Assembly (NCBI RefSeq): GCF_009914755.1
Contig: NC_060928.1
From: the human T2T-CHM13v2.0 reference genome, Homo sapiens
Direction: 5' to 3' (one strand)
Length of the DNA: 64,000 nucleotides
Program-made: the position numbers and the translations under genes
Shown: piece after piece, positions 28,203-41,489 of the stretch
Layout of the letters: every line of letters starts with the position of its first letter
How positions within the stretch are numbered: the stretch's first letter is position 1
Notes under the pieces: model-generated
The model's database searches: none
What the model saw: only the letters and a program-made list of their open reading frames with translations
What the model was told of the DNA's origin: nothing

Positions 28203-28648
28203 TAAGCAACTTCTTAAAGATGAAAGGAGCAATAATTAGACCCATTCAAGCTTTATAATGCCACATTTGGACCACTGTAACTAAGGGTCCCCAAGCTTTT
28301 CAGTTATGCTTTTGTTAAGTATTTTGTTTGTTATATTTCAAAAATATTGCTTTTCAGTTTTTTAAATTGAGAAAAAATTCAAAATTATTTTTGAGCTGGA
28401 ATAGTTAAATTTTGTTAAGAATTAAATAATTCTTATTCAAGCACTAAGAATATTCCTCTTTCCTACAGTATCAGCTTAGTTAGTATTTTGTTTGACGGTA
28501 CTAGAATATAAACAATTTCCACATATTGTACAAAAACTGCATCAACTAAATAACTTGTGAATTTTGCTACACATTTGGGGATTAAATATAAAACATTTAT
28601 TTATGCAGATATGAAACAATTTAATAATTTGAAAGTAGAAAAATTATC

Positions 28649-29019
28649 TGTGCTAGTTAATCTTATGTGTCAACTTGACCAGACTAAGCAATATCCAGAT
28701 AGCTGGTAAACATTATTTCTGTGTGTGTCTGTTAGGGTGTTTCCAGAAGAGATTAACATTCGAATCAGTATACTGAGTAAAGAAGATCTGCCTTCACTAA
28801 TGTGGACAGGCATCATCCAATTTGTTGAGGGCTTTCATAGAACAAATAAGCAGAGGATGAGCTTTTTCTTTCTCTCTTCTTAAGCTAGAACATGCATCTT
28901 CCCCTACCCTTGGATACTGGAGTTTCTGATTCTTGAGCCTTCCCCTAAATCACATAAGAATATATACCTATATTTATCCTATTGGTTTTTTTTTCCTCTG
29001 GACAATCCTAACCAATACA
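28649..29019 (+). mobile_element. ERVL solo LTR, MLT2B/D-like
   Basis: TGTGCTAGTTAATCTTATGTGTCAACTTGAC start and CCTAACCAATACA end. Confidence 0.9.
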
Positions 29020-32000
29020 TCATCTGAAAATAATATGATTTTAATTGTGTCATATATTGTGTAGTACAAATATGTATGTTTGTACATATATTTATGTTGT
29101 ATTCACTTATTTTTGCTTTTAAAATACATATTGAAATTGCATAAATACTGAAAAATATTCAGGAATAGTTTCTTAAAAGAGAGATGCCAAACTTTAATAC
29201 TAAATTAATACTGACAAGGATAAATAGGGTATATATGAAACAGTAAGAATCTTCCTCAGACTGAGCTCCTCCTCCCTCCACTCTTGTGTTTATATTCCAG
29301 CCTGTGTAGTTTTTCCATTCTTTATCCAAACATTTTCTGTTCCTTATGCTTGAGTCTGAGTGGGAAGGCTAGCTGTTTTACTAGTTCAATATACACATTA
29401 GCTTATAAAATATATACTTCTCCCTATCTCTTATAAATGAAATGGAGCTATAAACCTGAATTAGGAAAAGATTAAAAGCTTCATCATCTGAGTAGTGCAG
29501 ACAATTTTGTGATGTGATTTGCAGATTTCTTTTCTGTGTAAGAAAATGTGTGCTGAGATCTTAAGATGCTGATGAAAACCTTCTTCATTGACTTTGTGCA
29601 TCAAAGCTGAACATTGTTACAGCAGCAATATTATGTAGTTATCAACTATTGCTCTTCAGAAATTTCTATCTTTGAAGCAGTATTTTTTAAGTCTCTAAAA
29701 ATGTCAGGTTGAGATAACATGTTTAAATGTCTGTTTTCTAATTTAAAAAGTTCTAAGATACGATTTTTAATATAGCAATAGTTTCAAGTATGTGTACTGG
29801 CTTACCAGACTGTAATTTTATGAAGAACAGCAACCAGTCTTAAATAATTTTTCTCCATTACAGATTGCTCACTGTAATAATTCAAATGCATACAAATCAA
29901 TATATAATTAATTAGGTTTTAAATATTTCCAAATGTAACTAAACTAAAAGAATGAATTTTTGAAATTAGGGAAACATTTTTTGTGTGAAAAACTGACTAA
30001 ATTTTTGCTTTCCCAAAACTGATTACAGTATTTGTAGTTATACCTTAGATATTTATCTTCGTGATGTGTCAGCTTTTGTAAAGCTAAATGTACTTAATAC
30101 ATATAAAACTTAATAAAAATTACTGTTTTGTTCACTAACATTTTATAACTAATTTATATAAAGTAGAGCAACATAAAATTTTTATTTTACATAATCCAAT
30201 TTTAAAGATAAATTTACACTTTTATTCTGAGCACAGTTTTGAAAATAATCATATATTAATAATATGATTAATATGTTATTGATATGTTTTAATAATGTCT
30301 GCAAAGTAAAACTGTTTTACTTTCCTGTTTTACTATCAAATTTTATTTGACAGAGCATCTTTTAAATAATCTTTTTTACTATGCATTAAAGTGTGAATGT
30401 TGTGACATAATTCTAACATTTTTGGACATTAATACAAAAAGAAAACCATAACTGAAAGTATGCAATGATAAACACAAACAGACACACACACACCCCTCAA
30501 CAACAAAATTGAGGATGCTGAGAACTTACTGTATGTATTTCTTTCTGAGATACTAATAGTCTAATTGTAAAGATTAAAAATATACTTTAAAAAGACTTAC
30601 AATAAATGTTATATTTTTTCATGAACTTTGATCTATTTACTGATAGTAATATTCTTAAAAATTATAATTCTGGGCATAGAGCATAGACTTGTTAATTCTA
30701 AGCAGAAAACCAGCAATAAAACAAAATATGAAAGTCTGAAATTACCACTCCCCCATTTTTCCTTGCGTTGTTTTAAGTAAACAGTTATTTAATTTCCATA
30801 AAAAAAGTTGATATCTTCCAGGAAGCTAAAGTAGAAATCAGAAAATAAAATAATCCTGTATGCTACAATAAATATTACAATTATTAAGAGTTTTTTTGTG
30901 CCAAAGCCATTTGTTTAGTGTAAATATATATGCAAATATATCTATGTAGGTCTTCAGTAATAATAATAAATAAATATTACCAATGGTAAATGAACATTGA
31001 TTATGATCCTTTCTACCTAAAGATTACATATGGACAAACTGTATCATCATACAATTTTTTGTTATTTTTAAAAGATTTTGTTATCTTTTGTTAAAAGATA
31101 ATGGTATCTGTGCAAAATTACAATTTTATTGTTTACAGGTAAGATAGCTTAATGTTCAGAAGATTAAATAATTATAAATCTGTGACAATTCCACTAAATG
31201 AAATGAAGTCATCATTAAAATACCACAGGCTTCTGATGCCACAAAATTTGAATTCATAGATTCAATTCCTCTGCATTGGACATACTCTCATTTTATAGAA
31301 AAGTTAATTCTTTCTGCCAGGACCATTGGGATAACTCAAAATTTCACTGACTTTGCATTACCTGTATATAACCCTAAGGAGTTTCTCCAGAGTGTTCTCT
31401 TTTCTTAAAACTGAGACAAGCATATTTGTATTACAAATCACACAACACAAAACGTACAATAACATACCTCAATATTTTATTAAAAATATTAAATTTCCCA
31501 TCGGCACCTGAGTTACAGTAAGTCTTTTGTGGCTGGGTAATTCCCTTTGCTTATTTAAAGAATACAAGTGTGGAATTTGAAAATATTCCAATGGAAGAAG
31601 CATAAAAAGTTTGTTTTAGTAAGTATTAAAATAATAACTATTCAACCAAAGATTTCAGGATGAAATAAATCCTCCTTTAGATAAAAATATATATTTCTTT
31701 ATGATCTCATAAACTGATATATTGTGTAGGAAGAGGGAAAAGAGAAATAACTTTTCTCTTAATAGGAAAATTGAAAATTGTTTTAAAGAAAACATCCTAT
31801 AACCTTTAATATTAATCTACTTTACCTATTTTTCCAAAAGTTCAGAGAAAAAAAACTATTTCATTATGTATTAATGAATTTAACATTTATTGTGTCAGCA
31901 GATATGAATTCTTAGGAGTTTTTTAGGTAAAGGAAACAGCCAATTAAATCAGCAATTTCTGCTTTTTAGAAATTTCATCCAGAGAAAATAGAATATTGTT

Positions 32001-33741
32001 AATGAATAAATATGTAACATAATGTCAATTTTTAATAGGTTTGATGAAGAAAAACATTCACTAAGTGGATTGAGTGCTGGTTTAGACAGAAAAAGAGTTA
32101 TCTGACCTAATTGAATCAAACACAGGATCAAGCCATGTACCTCTGGCATATTCCAGGAAGCTGGGACCTACGAGGCATTTCAAGATTCCTGGGCATCATA
32201 TTTGCCTGGAGAATTTAAAGGCCAATGTGTCAGGGGATAATGAGTGGAAGAGCGGTAATACACCAAATTAGAGAGGCAGCCAAAGGACAGGTCTTGCAGC
32301 AACTTCCAGGCCAAAAACAACAACAACAAAAAATAGAGTTTCAGTCAAAGTGGAAGAAAAAGACATTTAAAAAATGAAAGCAGATAAGTGACACTATAAT
32401 TAAGGAAAAAAATATTTTCTTTATTCTATGAATATATGATTTGGAGGTCAGATGGGAAAATAGGCAAAAGTAGAAGCAAGGAATCATGGATAATTATTTT
32501 GGTAGCCCAGGTGGGAGATCTTAGTTTGGGTGGGGATTATTAACTGCGTTTAGAATGAGGTTATAGCTGTAAGATACATCTTTAAAATAATTTTTAAATG
32601 ATGGAGCATGAGTTTGAGAAGGAGAGAGGATCAACAGGTGATGACTGGAAAATAAGAGTATACTATGCTTTTGAAAGTTTCCCTAAAATATTTTTAAGAC
32701 AGTAATTCTCAAGACATAAGTGTGGGGGAAGAAGCATGTTCTGGTTTGAGTGAGTCACACATAATGAAGAATTATCTTTTGCCTTGGATAAATTACTAGA
32801 GCCAAAAATTTAACTCTATCTCTGGATCAAAATGTATTTTTAAGCAGTTTAAATATTTACTGGAAATTCCAGGGTTATAACTAACATGCAAATTATTTTA
32901 AAAATATTTAATAATAATTGTTCACTATTTTGGAAAAAGCATACCATCGAAAACAATACTACTTACGGCCAATTAGGGTCGCAGATACAATAGATGTGTA
33001 TCAGTCTGTATTTGAATGCATGCTTACAAAAATGTACTAGAAGGTTTGAAACTACAACAGATTCAAAACTAAATATTATAATATTTGACACACAAAATGA
33101 AGATCTTCTTGAATTTTCCAAAAGAGGTTATATTTTATAATATATGTCATTTCACATAATTTACAATTTTAGTAATGTCAAATATGTTCTAAAGTTATAT
33201 ATTGAAATTATTTAATTTTTTATTATCGTGATAAATAAATCTTTGCCTTCCCCAATGGAAGATACTTTCCAATATCTTCCTCTCAAAACATCACCATTTT
33301 TTCTAATACATTCAGAACTGTTTTACTAGATTTGACTTTTACCATTTGCCACCTATGTTTACTTTCTAAACTGGTTTCTTTATTCTCTGTCCTTCCATTT
33401 GTATATTTTCTATTATCTACCTTCAATTTCAATAATTTAATATTTATTCTCTAATATTCCATTTACTGAATTTTGATCTTCAAATATGTATTTTTTTACA
33501 TCTAGAACTTTTGATACTTTCAACACATTCTTATACTCAATGATTTTCTCCCTACTTTTATCTGGTTTTGTAAGTGATATCAATTTTTATAATATATTAA
33601 TTGCATTTTAAAGTATTTGGTGCTGACTTACATAATTGGATCATGTGCAGATCTATTTTCAGGTTTTTTTTTTTAAGTCCTGTTAGTTTATCATTATATG
33701 ACCCTGTTTGTTGGCATGTTGAGTGATTCTTTTGTTTTCCA

Positions 33742-34090
33742 TTTGTTTTTTGTTTGTTTGTTTGTTTTTTGTCTTAGAGACAGAGTCTCAGTCTGTCACC
33801 CAGGCTGCAGTGCATTGGCACAATCATAGCATACTGTAGTCTCAACTTCTAGGGGCTCATGTGATCCTCCCAACCTGGTCTCCTTAGTAGCTGGGACTAC
33901 TGGCGCAATCCACCATATCCAGCTAATTTTTGTACTTCTTGTAGAGTCAGGGATGGAGGGTGCTGGGGGTGAGGGGCGTGGGTCTCGATATATTGCTCAG
34001 ACTAGTCTTGAACTCCCTGACCTCAAGCAGTTCTGCTGCTTCAGTCATCCAAAGTGCTGGGATTACAGGCATGAGCCACCACACCTAACC
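33742..34090 (-). mobile_element. AluJ with ~30-bp G-rich expansion
   Basis: AluJ diagnostics AATCATAGC, GATCCTCCC and CTCAAGC; extra G-rich tract at 33950-33982. Confidence 0.9.
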
Positions 34091-34833
34091 ATGTTGAGCA
34101 ATTTTTATTTTTATTTTGTGTCAGTCTGTTTTTGTTTTGTTTTGTTTCTATAAATCTATAGGTTTCAGGTGAAATGATCCTCCTCCAGAGATGCTTCTTT
34201 ATATTCTTTACTAAAGAGAAATATTCGTGAGCTCATTTCCTTAAGCTAATTAGTCACAGAAATGAGGGAAGTCTGGATTAATCTCAGCCTTCCAGCTGAA
34301 ATCCTAGTGTATTAACATGGGCCAGTCTTCTGGAGATGTACTGAATTCTAATCTTTATCTCTTAAGTGCTGCAAGACTGCCAAAATTCTACTCAGCTTAG
34401 CTTTTAGACATCTATGCTGCACAGAATTCAGAATTCAGAATGTTTTGAATATAAAGTACTTTAACTCTGCAGGACTTCAAAAATTTCTTTTTTCTGTGCT
34501 GCTACAGGAGTGAGTCACTGCCTAGATAAAGTCCAAAATCTTAGCCTCTTGTGAACACCCAAAATTGAAAAAGCAAAGCAAGCAGCGACCATCAGGTTGC
34601 AGATAATTAGCTCACCACTCTAATGTTCTTCCTTATTCAGCATCCTAAACCTTTTCACTTTTTACTTTTATGATTTTGCTGTTTCTAATGCCCATAAGCA
34701 ATTTATATATTTATATTGGTATTGCGTATTTTATTTTATTTTTTTTTTGTTTTTCTTTTTTTTTTTTTTTTTTTTTTTGCTTTTTTGGATGTTTTGATTG
34801 TTTGTTTAAGCATTTTTTTGGTCAGAGGTACAA

Positions 34834-37165
34834 TGATATGGTTTGGCTCTGTGTCCCCACCAAAGTATCATTGTTGAATTATAATCCCCAATGCTGGGGA
34901 AGAAACCTGGTGGGAGGTGATTGGATCATGGGGGCGGATTTCTCCCTTGCTGTTTTGCTGATAGAGTTTGCATGAGATCTGACTGTTTAAAATTGTATAG
35001 CACTTTCCCCTTCACTCTCTCTCTCCTGGTCTACCATGGTAAGATGTGCTTGCTTCCCCTTTGCCCTTCCTCCATGATTGTAAGTTTCCTGAGGCCTCCC
35101 CAACCATGCTTCCTCTACAGCCTGTGGAACTGTGAGTCAGTTAAACCACTTTTCTTAATAAATTACTTAGTCATAAGTAGTTATTTATAGCAATGTGAGA
35201 ATAGATTAATAGAGAAAATTGGTACCAGAGAAGAGGGGCATTACTATGAAGATATCTTAAGATATGGAAGCAGCTTTGGAACTGGCTAACAGACAGAAGT
35301 TGGAATAGTTTTGAGGGCTCAGAAGAAGACAGAAAGATAAGGAAAAGTTTGGAACTTCCTAGAGACTTAATTGTTTTAACCAAAATGCTGATAGTGATAT
35401 GGACAGTGAAATTCAGGCTGAGGTGGTCTCAGATGGAGATGAGGAACTTATTGGAAACTTGAGTAATGTTTTTTCAAAGAGACTGGTGGCATCATGCCCC
35501 TGCCCTAGAGATCTGTGGAACTTTGAACTTGAAAGAAATGATTTATGGTGTCTGGTGAAAGAAATTTCTAAGCAGCAAAACATTCAAGAAGTGACCTGGC
35601 TTCTTCTAAGAGCACATACTTATATGTATGAACAAAAAGATTATCTGAAACTGGAACTTATATTTAAAAGGGAATCAGAGCACAAAAGTTTGGAAAATTT
35701 ACAACCTGACCATGTGGTAAAAAATAAAAACCCATTTACTGGGGAGAAATTCAAGCCAGCTGCACACATTTGCATAAGTAAAGAGGAACTGAATGTTAAT
35801 GGACAAGACAATGGGGTAAAGGCCTCCAATATATTTCAGAGACCTTTGTAGCAGTCCCTCCCATCACAGGCCCAGAGGCCTAGTGGGGAAAAATAGTTCC
35901 ATGGGCCAGGCCCAGGGCCCCACTGGTGCAGCCTTGGGACATTGTGCTCTGCATCTCAGTGCTCCAGCTGTAGCCATGGCTAAAAGGAGCCAAGGTGCAG
36001 CTGGGGCTGTTGCTTCAGAGGGTGCAAGCCCTAAGCCTTGGCAACTTCCATGTGATGTTGGGCCTGCAAGTGTGCAGAAGAGTTGAGGTTTGGGAGCCTC
36101 TGCCTAGATTTTAGAAGATGTATGGAAATACCTGAATGTCCAGGCAGAAGTCTACTGCAGGGGCAGAGCCCTCATAGAGAAGCTCAACTAGCAAAGTGCA
36201 AAGGGGAAATGTGGGGTTGCAGCCCCCACACAGAGTCCCCACTGGGGCACTGCCTAGTGGTCATGCAAGAAGAGGTCCACCACCCTCCAGACCTGAGAAT
36301 GGTAGATACACTGACAGCTTTCTTGCAGACACTCAATGCCAACCCATGAAAGCAGCTGCAGGGGCTGTACCCTGCAGAGCCACAGAGGCTGAGCTCTCCA
36401 AGGCCTTGGGAGCCCACCTCTTGTATCAGTGTGTCCTGGATGTGAAACATGGAGTCAAAGGAGATTATTTTGAAGCTTTAAGATTTAATGACTTCCCTGC
36501 TGGGTTTCAGACTTGCATGGGGCCTGTAGCCCCTTTGTTTTGTATTATTTCTGCATTTGGAATGGGAGCATTTGCCCAATGCTGTACCTCCATTGCATCT
36601 TGTAAGTAATTAATTTGCTTTTTTATTTTACAGACTCATAGACGGAAGATACTTGACTTTTCTCAGATGAGACTTTGGACTGTGAATTAATGCTGAAATG
36701 TGTTAACACTCTAGGGGACTTTTGGGAAGGCATGATTGATTTTGAAAATTGAGAAGGACATGAGATTTGGGAAAGGCCAGGGGCAAAACAGTGTGATTTG
36801 GCTCTGTGTTCCCACCCAAATCTCATGTTGAATTGTAATCCCCAGTGTTGAGGAGAAACCTGGTGGGAAGTAATTGGATCATGGGTGTAGATTTCCCTCT
36901 TGCTGCTCTGTGATGGAGTTCTCACATGATCTGGTTGTTTAAATGTGCGTAGCATTTCCCCCTTCACTATCTCTCTCCTGGTCCACCAGGGTAATGTGTC
37001 CTTGTTTCCTCTTTGCCCTTCTGCCATGATTATAAGTTTTCTGAGGGCTCCCCAACCATGCTTCCTGTACAGCCTGTGCAACTGTGAATGAATTAAACCT
37101 GTTGTCTTCATAAAGTATCCAGTCTCAGGTAGTTCTTTATAGCAGTGTAAAAATGAATTAATACA
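34834..37165 (+). mobile_element. THE1D-like MaLR provirus (LTR 34834-35213, internal 35214-~36788, LTR ~36789-37165)
   Basis: Two homologous LTRs (TGATATGGTTTGGCTCTGTGTCCCCACC...TAATACA); internal starts GAAAATTGGTACCAG; decayed MaLR ORF MDSEIQAEVVSDGDEELIGN. Confidence 0.95.
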
Positions 37166-38043
37166 GGCCCTCTCCTGGCAGGGAAGAATTAAACATGCCC
37201 AGGCGTAGTTCTTCAAGTTACAACATAAATTTGCTACATTACAAGAATGTATTTCTCAGTAGACCAAAATTTGTCATGAAAACATATAAATATTGCATTG
37301 TATTTTATGAAATGACTCTTCAATTTAAACATAAAGAGGGATACTTAGCCAAAATTTTGTGTAAAATTAACATTCCAGGAAAGTGAACTTTTTTTGTTCT
37401 ACCTATCTCTACTCACCAAACCATTGACTAGTAACTAGAATATACACTATTTTAAAGAGCCCAAAATGTTAATAGACATTGAACATAATTTAATATGTAT
37501 AAAAATGGGGTAAACATTTGTATTTTAAATATACTAAGATGGTAAAATAATAAAGTAAAATTCTGACTAGAAAATCCCAAGCAGATATCTCATCTGTGAT
37601 CAAAACAGGTTTTACCCATTTTTCCTAGGAAACAAATCTGTCCTTTTTTCTTTTTCTTTTAGTTATTTTGCTCAAAAAATAATTACATGTTTAATTACAT
37701 ATTATAATTTTTTCAGTGAAAGGGAATATTAATAGATAATGTATAGTTGGAGTAAATTATAAGATAAATACATTAATTGTACCATAATAAACATATATCA
37801 GAGAGACAGTTTAATTTAAGGTCTGCAACTTTAGTTGATACTAACCTTTAGCTTCTATATGTGTCAAATGTATCATTTTACAAACACTCATAATAAATAC
37901 TGTGCTTCAAAAAGACGTTTCTCACTATCTTTTGGAATGCAAAATGAAAAGTAGAATTGATTTTTTAAATGACATAACTATCATATAATGGAATTACTAT
38001 TATCAGAATCATAAAAACACTCTCCCTCTCTCTCTCTCTTTCT

Positions 38044-38561
38044 AATGGCTCTCCAAAGATGTTTATCTCCTAATTCTTAGAACCTTAGAATAAATTAGGT
38101 TAAGATGGCAAAAAAAAAGATGTTGTTACTGAAGGAATTAAAATTGCTAATCAGTAGATCTTAAAATATGATTATTTTGGGTTACCTGTGTAGGCCCATT
38201 TTCATCACAAATGTCTTTACATGTTCAAGAGGGAGGCAGAAGAAGTCAGAAGCAGATGTGTCTATGGAAAAAAGACACAGAAAAATGCATCATTGCTGCC
38301 TTTGAAGAGGGAAGAAGGCAATCATAAGCCAAAAAAATCTGGACGGCCTCTAGAAGCTGAAAAAAAAAAAAAAAAAACAAGGAAAGGAATTCTCCCCTGG
38401 AGCCTCCAGAATGGTTATAGCCCTTCTGACATCTTGATATTAGTCCAATGAGGCTCATGTTGCACTTCTAACCTACAAAACTATAAGGTTAAAAAAAGTA
38501 TGGTATTTTAAGGCACCAATTTTGTGGAAATTTATAGTAGGAGCAATAGAAAAGGAATACA
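38044..38561 (+). mobile_element. MaLR LTR, MLT1D-like
   Basis: ATGGCTCTCCAAAGATGT, TTGCTAATCAG, GGCCTCTAGAAGCTG and GCAATAGAAAAGGAATACA. Confidence 0.85.
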
Positions 38562-38749
38562 TTATAAAATACCAGCGTAATCATTAAAACATCTCTATTG
38601 TTCACCCTTGTAAAAAGATTTGTACAAAAAGTTGCTTTGTTTCTTAAACTAATTTATGTAAATGTTCTTTCTGTCAGAAAAAGTAATTTTGAATTTGTAT
38701 ATACATAGAGGAGTATAAATGATATAAAAATAAGTAAATAATAGTATTA

Positions 38750-38960
38750 CTAATATTTATTAAGTCATTGATATATGTTACACTGTTTATTTAAAGTTAA
38801 TTATTATCTAATGTAAACCTCACAACAACTCTCTGAAAAGGATACTCTTTTTATCTCTATTTTATAGGTAAGGAAATAGAGTCTGAGAAGAGATAAACTG
38901 CCCAAGTGACTTGTCCAGTGTCACAGAATTGCCAATTACAGAGTCACTACTGGAAGCTAA
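38750..38960 (-). mobile_element. MIR fragment
   Basis: CCTCACAACAACTCT...ATTTTATAGGTAAGGAAA...AAGTGACTTGTCCAGTGTCACAG. Confidence 0.75.
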
Positions 38961-39168
38961 TGTATACTAGCCTGTACATTCTTGGGTCTATACTAGAAGT
39001 TACAAGTAAGTCATAACCACTTTTTAGAGTCAGAATTGAATATTTTTAGAATATGAAATGACTCTACAAATGTTAACGTGTGGAACTCATAAAATTTTCT
39101 TTTGTGGAAGAATCCTGATAAATTATATTTGAGAGCCATTGTTGAATATCTACTCTTTCTAAAAACTC

Positions 39169-39427
39169 AGTCAGGCTTGGTGGCTCATGCCTGTAATTCC
39201 AGCAGTTTGGGAGGCCAAGGCCGGTGGATCACAAGGTCAGGAGATCGAGACCACCCCGGCTAACACGGTGAAACCCTGTCTCTACTAAAAATACAAAAAA
39301 TAAGCCAGGCATGGTGGCAGGTCAGGAGGCTGAGGCAGGAGAATGGTGTGAACACAGGAGACGGAGCTTGCAGTGAGCCGAGATTGCATCACTGCACTCC
39401 AACCTGGGCAACAGAGCGAGACTCCAC

Positions 39428-39455
<28 letters not shown>
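39169..39455 (+). mobile_element. AluY with ~19-bp right-arm deletion
   Basis: GAGATCGAGACC, GCTAACACGG, GAATGG and GGAGCTTGCAG; TSD AAAAACTC; long pure A tail. Confidence 0.93.
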
Positions 39456-39459
<4 letters not shown>

Positions 39460-39672
39460 TCTGCAATGTTGTAATAGCTCCTTCTAAGAAGCCCAACTCT
39501 TCAATTTTATTGGTTATTCAGAGGAAGAAAAATCAGAATTGGAAACAAGTCTGAAGGACAGTGTACTATTCTGTTCTTGTATTGCTATAAATAAATACCT
39601 AAGACTGGGTAATTAATAAAAGAGATTTAATTGGCTCACAGTTCTGCAGGCTGTACAAGAGCATGATGCTAG

Positions 39673-41001
39673 TATGTCCAGAATTGGTGGGTTCCTGGTC
39701 TCACTAACTTCAAGAATGAAGCCGCGGACCCTCGTGGTGAGTGTTACAGTTCTTGAAGATGATGTGTCCGGAGTTTGTTCCTTCTGATGTTCAGACATGT
39801 TCAGAGTTTCTTCCTTCTGCTGGGTTCATGGTTTTGCTGGCTTCAGGAGTGAAGCTGCAGACCTTCACAGTGACTGTTACAGCTCATACAGGCAGTGCGG
39901 ACCCAAAGAGTGAGCAACAGCAAGATTTACTGCAAAGAGCAAAAGAACAAAGCTCCCACAGTGTGGAAAGGGACCCGAGTGGGTTACCACTGCTGGCTCG
40001 GGCAGCCTGCTTTTATTCCCTTATCTGACCCCACCCACATCCTGCCGATTGGCCCATTTTACAGAGAGCTGATTGGTCCGTTTTGACAGGGTGCTGACTG
40101 GTGCATTTACAATCCCTCAGCTAGACACAGAGTGTTGATTGGTGTATTTACAATCCTCTAGCTAGAGGTAAAAGTTCTCCAAGTCCCCACCAGATTAGCT
40201 AGACACAGAGCACTGATTGGTGCATTTACAAACCTTGAGCTAGACACAGAGTACTGATTGGTGCATTTACAATCCTCTAGCTAGATGTAAAAGTTCTCCA
40301 AGTCCCCACAAGATTAGCTAGATACAGAGTGCTGACTGGTGCATCCACGAACCCCAGGCTAGACCCAGAGTGCTGATTGGTGCATATACAATCCTCCAAC
40401 TAGGCATATAAGTTCTCCAAGTCCCCACCCAACTCAGGAGCCCAGCTGGTTTCGCCTAGTCGATCCCATGCCAGGGTCGTGGCCAGAGCTGCCTGCCGGC
40501 GGAGCTGCCAGCCAGTCTCGCGCCGCGCACCTGCACTCCTCAGCCCTCGGGTGGTTGATGGGACTGGTCCCACGGAGCAGGAGGTGGCAACCCTTGGGGA
40601 GGCTCAGGCCATGCAGGAGCCTCCCGCGGGTGTGGGGGTCTCAGGTATGGCAGGCTGCAGGTCCTGAGCCCTGCCCCATGGGGAGGCGGCTGAGGCCTGG
40701 GAAGAATTCGAGTGTGGCGTGGGCAGGCCAGCAGTGCTGGGGGACCCAGCGCCCCCTCCACAGCTACCGGCCCTGTGCTAAGTCCCTCACTGCCTGGGGC
40801 CAGCGGCATTGGCCGCCACTCAGAGTGCCCGGCCCGCCGGGAGCTCACATTCCACACTCAGCTCCACGCCAGCCAGCCCAGAGAGGGGCTCCTACAGTGC
40901 AGCGGCGGGCTGAAGGGCTTCTCAAGCGTGGCCAGAGTGGACGCCGAGGCCGAGGAGGCTCTGAGAGCCAGCGAGGGATGCTAGCACGTTGTCACCTCTC
41001 A
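39673..41001 (-). mobile_element. ERV9 solo LTR (LTR12, D/E-like)
   Basis: Termini TGTCCAGAATTGGTGGGTTC and GCACGTTGTCACCTCTCA; tandem CTGATTGGTGCATTTACAA repeats; TSD CTAG/CTGG. Confidence 0.96.
40005..40400 (-). promoter_or_regulatory. LTR12 promoter/enhancer: CCAAT (NF-Y) array and TATA-like AATAAAA
   Basis: Six ATTGG and two ACTGG variants between 40048 and 40380; TTTTATT at 40011-40017. Confidence 0.7.
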
Positions 41002-41489
41002 CTGGCATCTGCTCAGGTTCGGAGGAGGCCTCGAGAAGGCAGAAATCAATCATGGCAGAAGGCAAAGGAGGAGCTGGGCATCTCTCATGATGGGAGAAGA
41101 AACAAGAGAAAGGGGAAAGCTGTTATACACTTTTAAATGACCAGATCTCACAAGAACTCACTGACTATCATGAGAACAGTACCATGTGGTTGATGCTAAA
41201 CTATTCATGAGAAACTACTCACCTGATCCAGTCACCTCCTACCAGGTCCCACCTCCAACACTGGAGATTACAATTTGACATGAGATTTGGTGGAGACACA
41301 GATCTCGACTATAACAGACAGGTGTTTCTCATTATAGCTAAAAAGTATCTTTTTTTTTTTTTTTTGGTAGGTTATTGGGGTTGGTGGCTCAATTTTTAGA
41401 TATACCAATATCAAGTTTATATCTTCTCAAATAGGCTGCCAGTTGAGTTTTTAATCAACAAAAACAAATGGTGTTTCTCATTATTTTAC

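Larger units (their letters stand above)
39562..41316 (-). mobile_element. MSTA/B-like solo LTR split by LTR12 (parts 39562-39672 and 41002-41316)
   Basis: MST motifs TTGGCTCACAGTTCTGCAGGCTGTACA and ATCATGGCAGAAGGCAAAGG; perfect 5-bp TSD GACAG at 39557-39561 and 41317-41321. Confidence 0.93.

Noticed and set aside
31120-31150. TTTACAG|GTAAGA recursive-splice-like motif (also TTTATAG|GTAAGG near 38868)
   Set aside because: Both derive from the antisense MIR core ATTTTACAGATGAGGAAA, so they are explained by the repeat.
35399-37216. ORFs of 137-197 aa
   Set aside because: They lie within the THE1 internal region and LTR, and are fragments of the decayed MaLR ORF or antisense frames.
40065-40400. 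Regularly spaced repeats suggestive of a CRISPR array
   Set aside because: These are LTR12 U3 tandem repeats; the spacers are themselves repeated, there are no cas genes and the context is primate.
40468-41136. Longest ORF in the window (222 aa)
   Set aside because: Antisense frame through GC-rich LTR12 into MST; stop-poor because of base composition.
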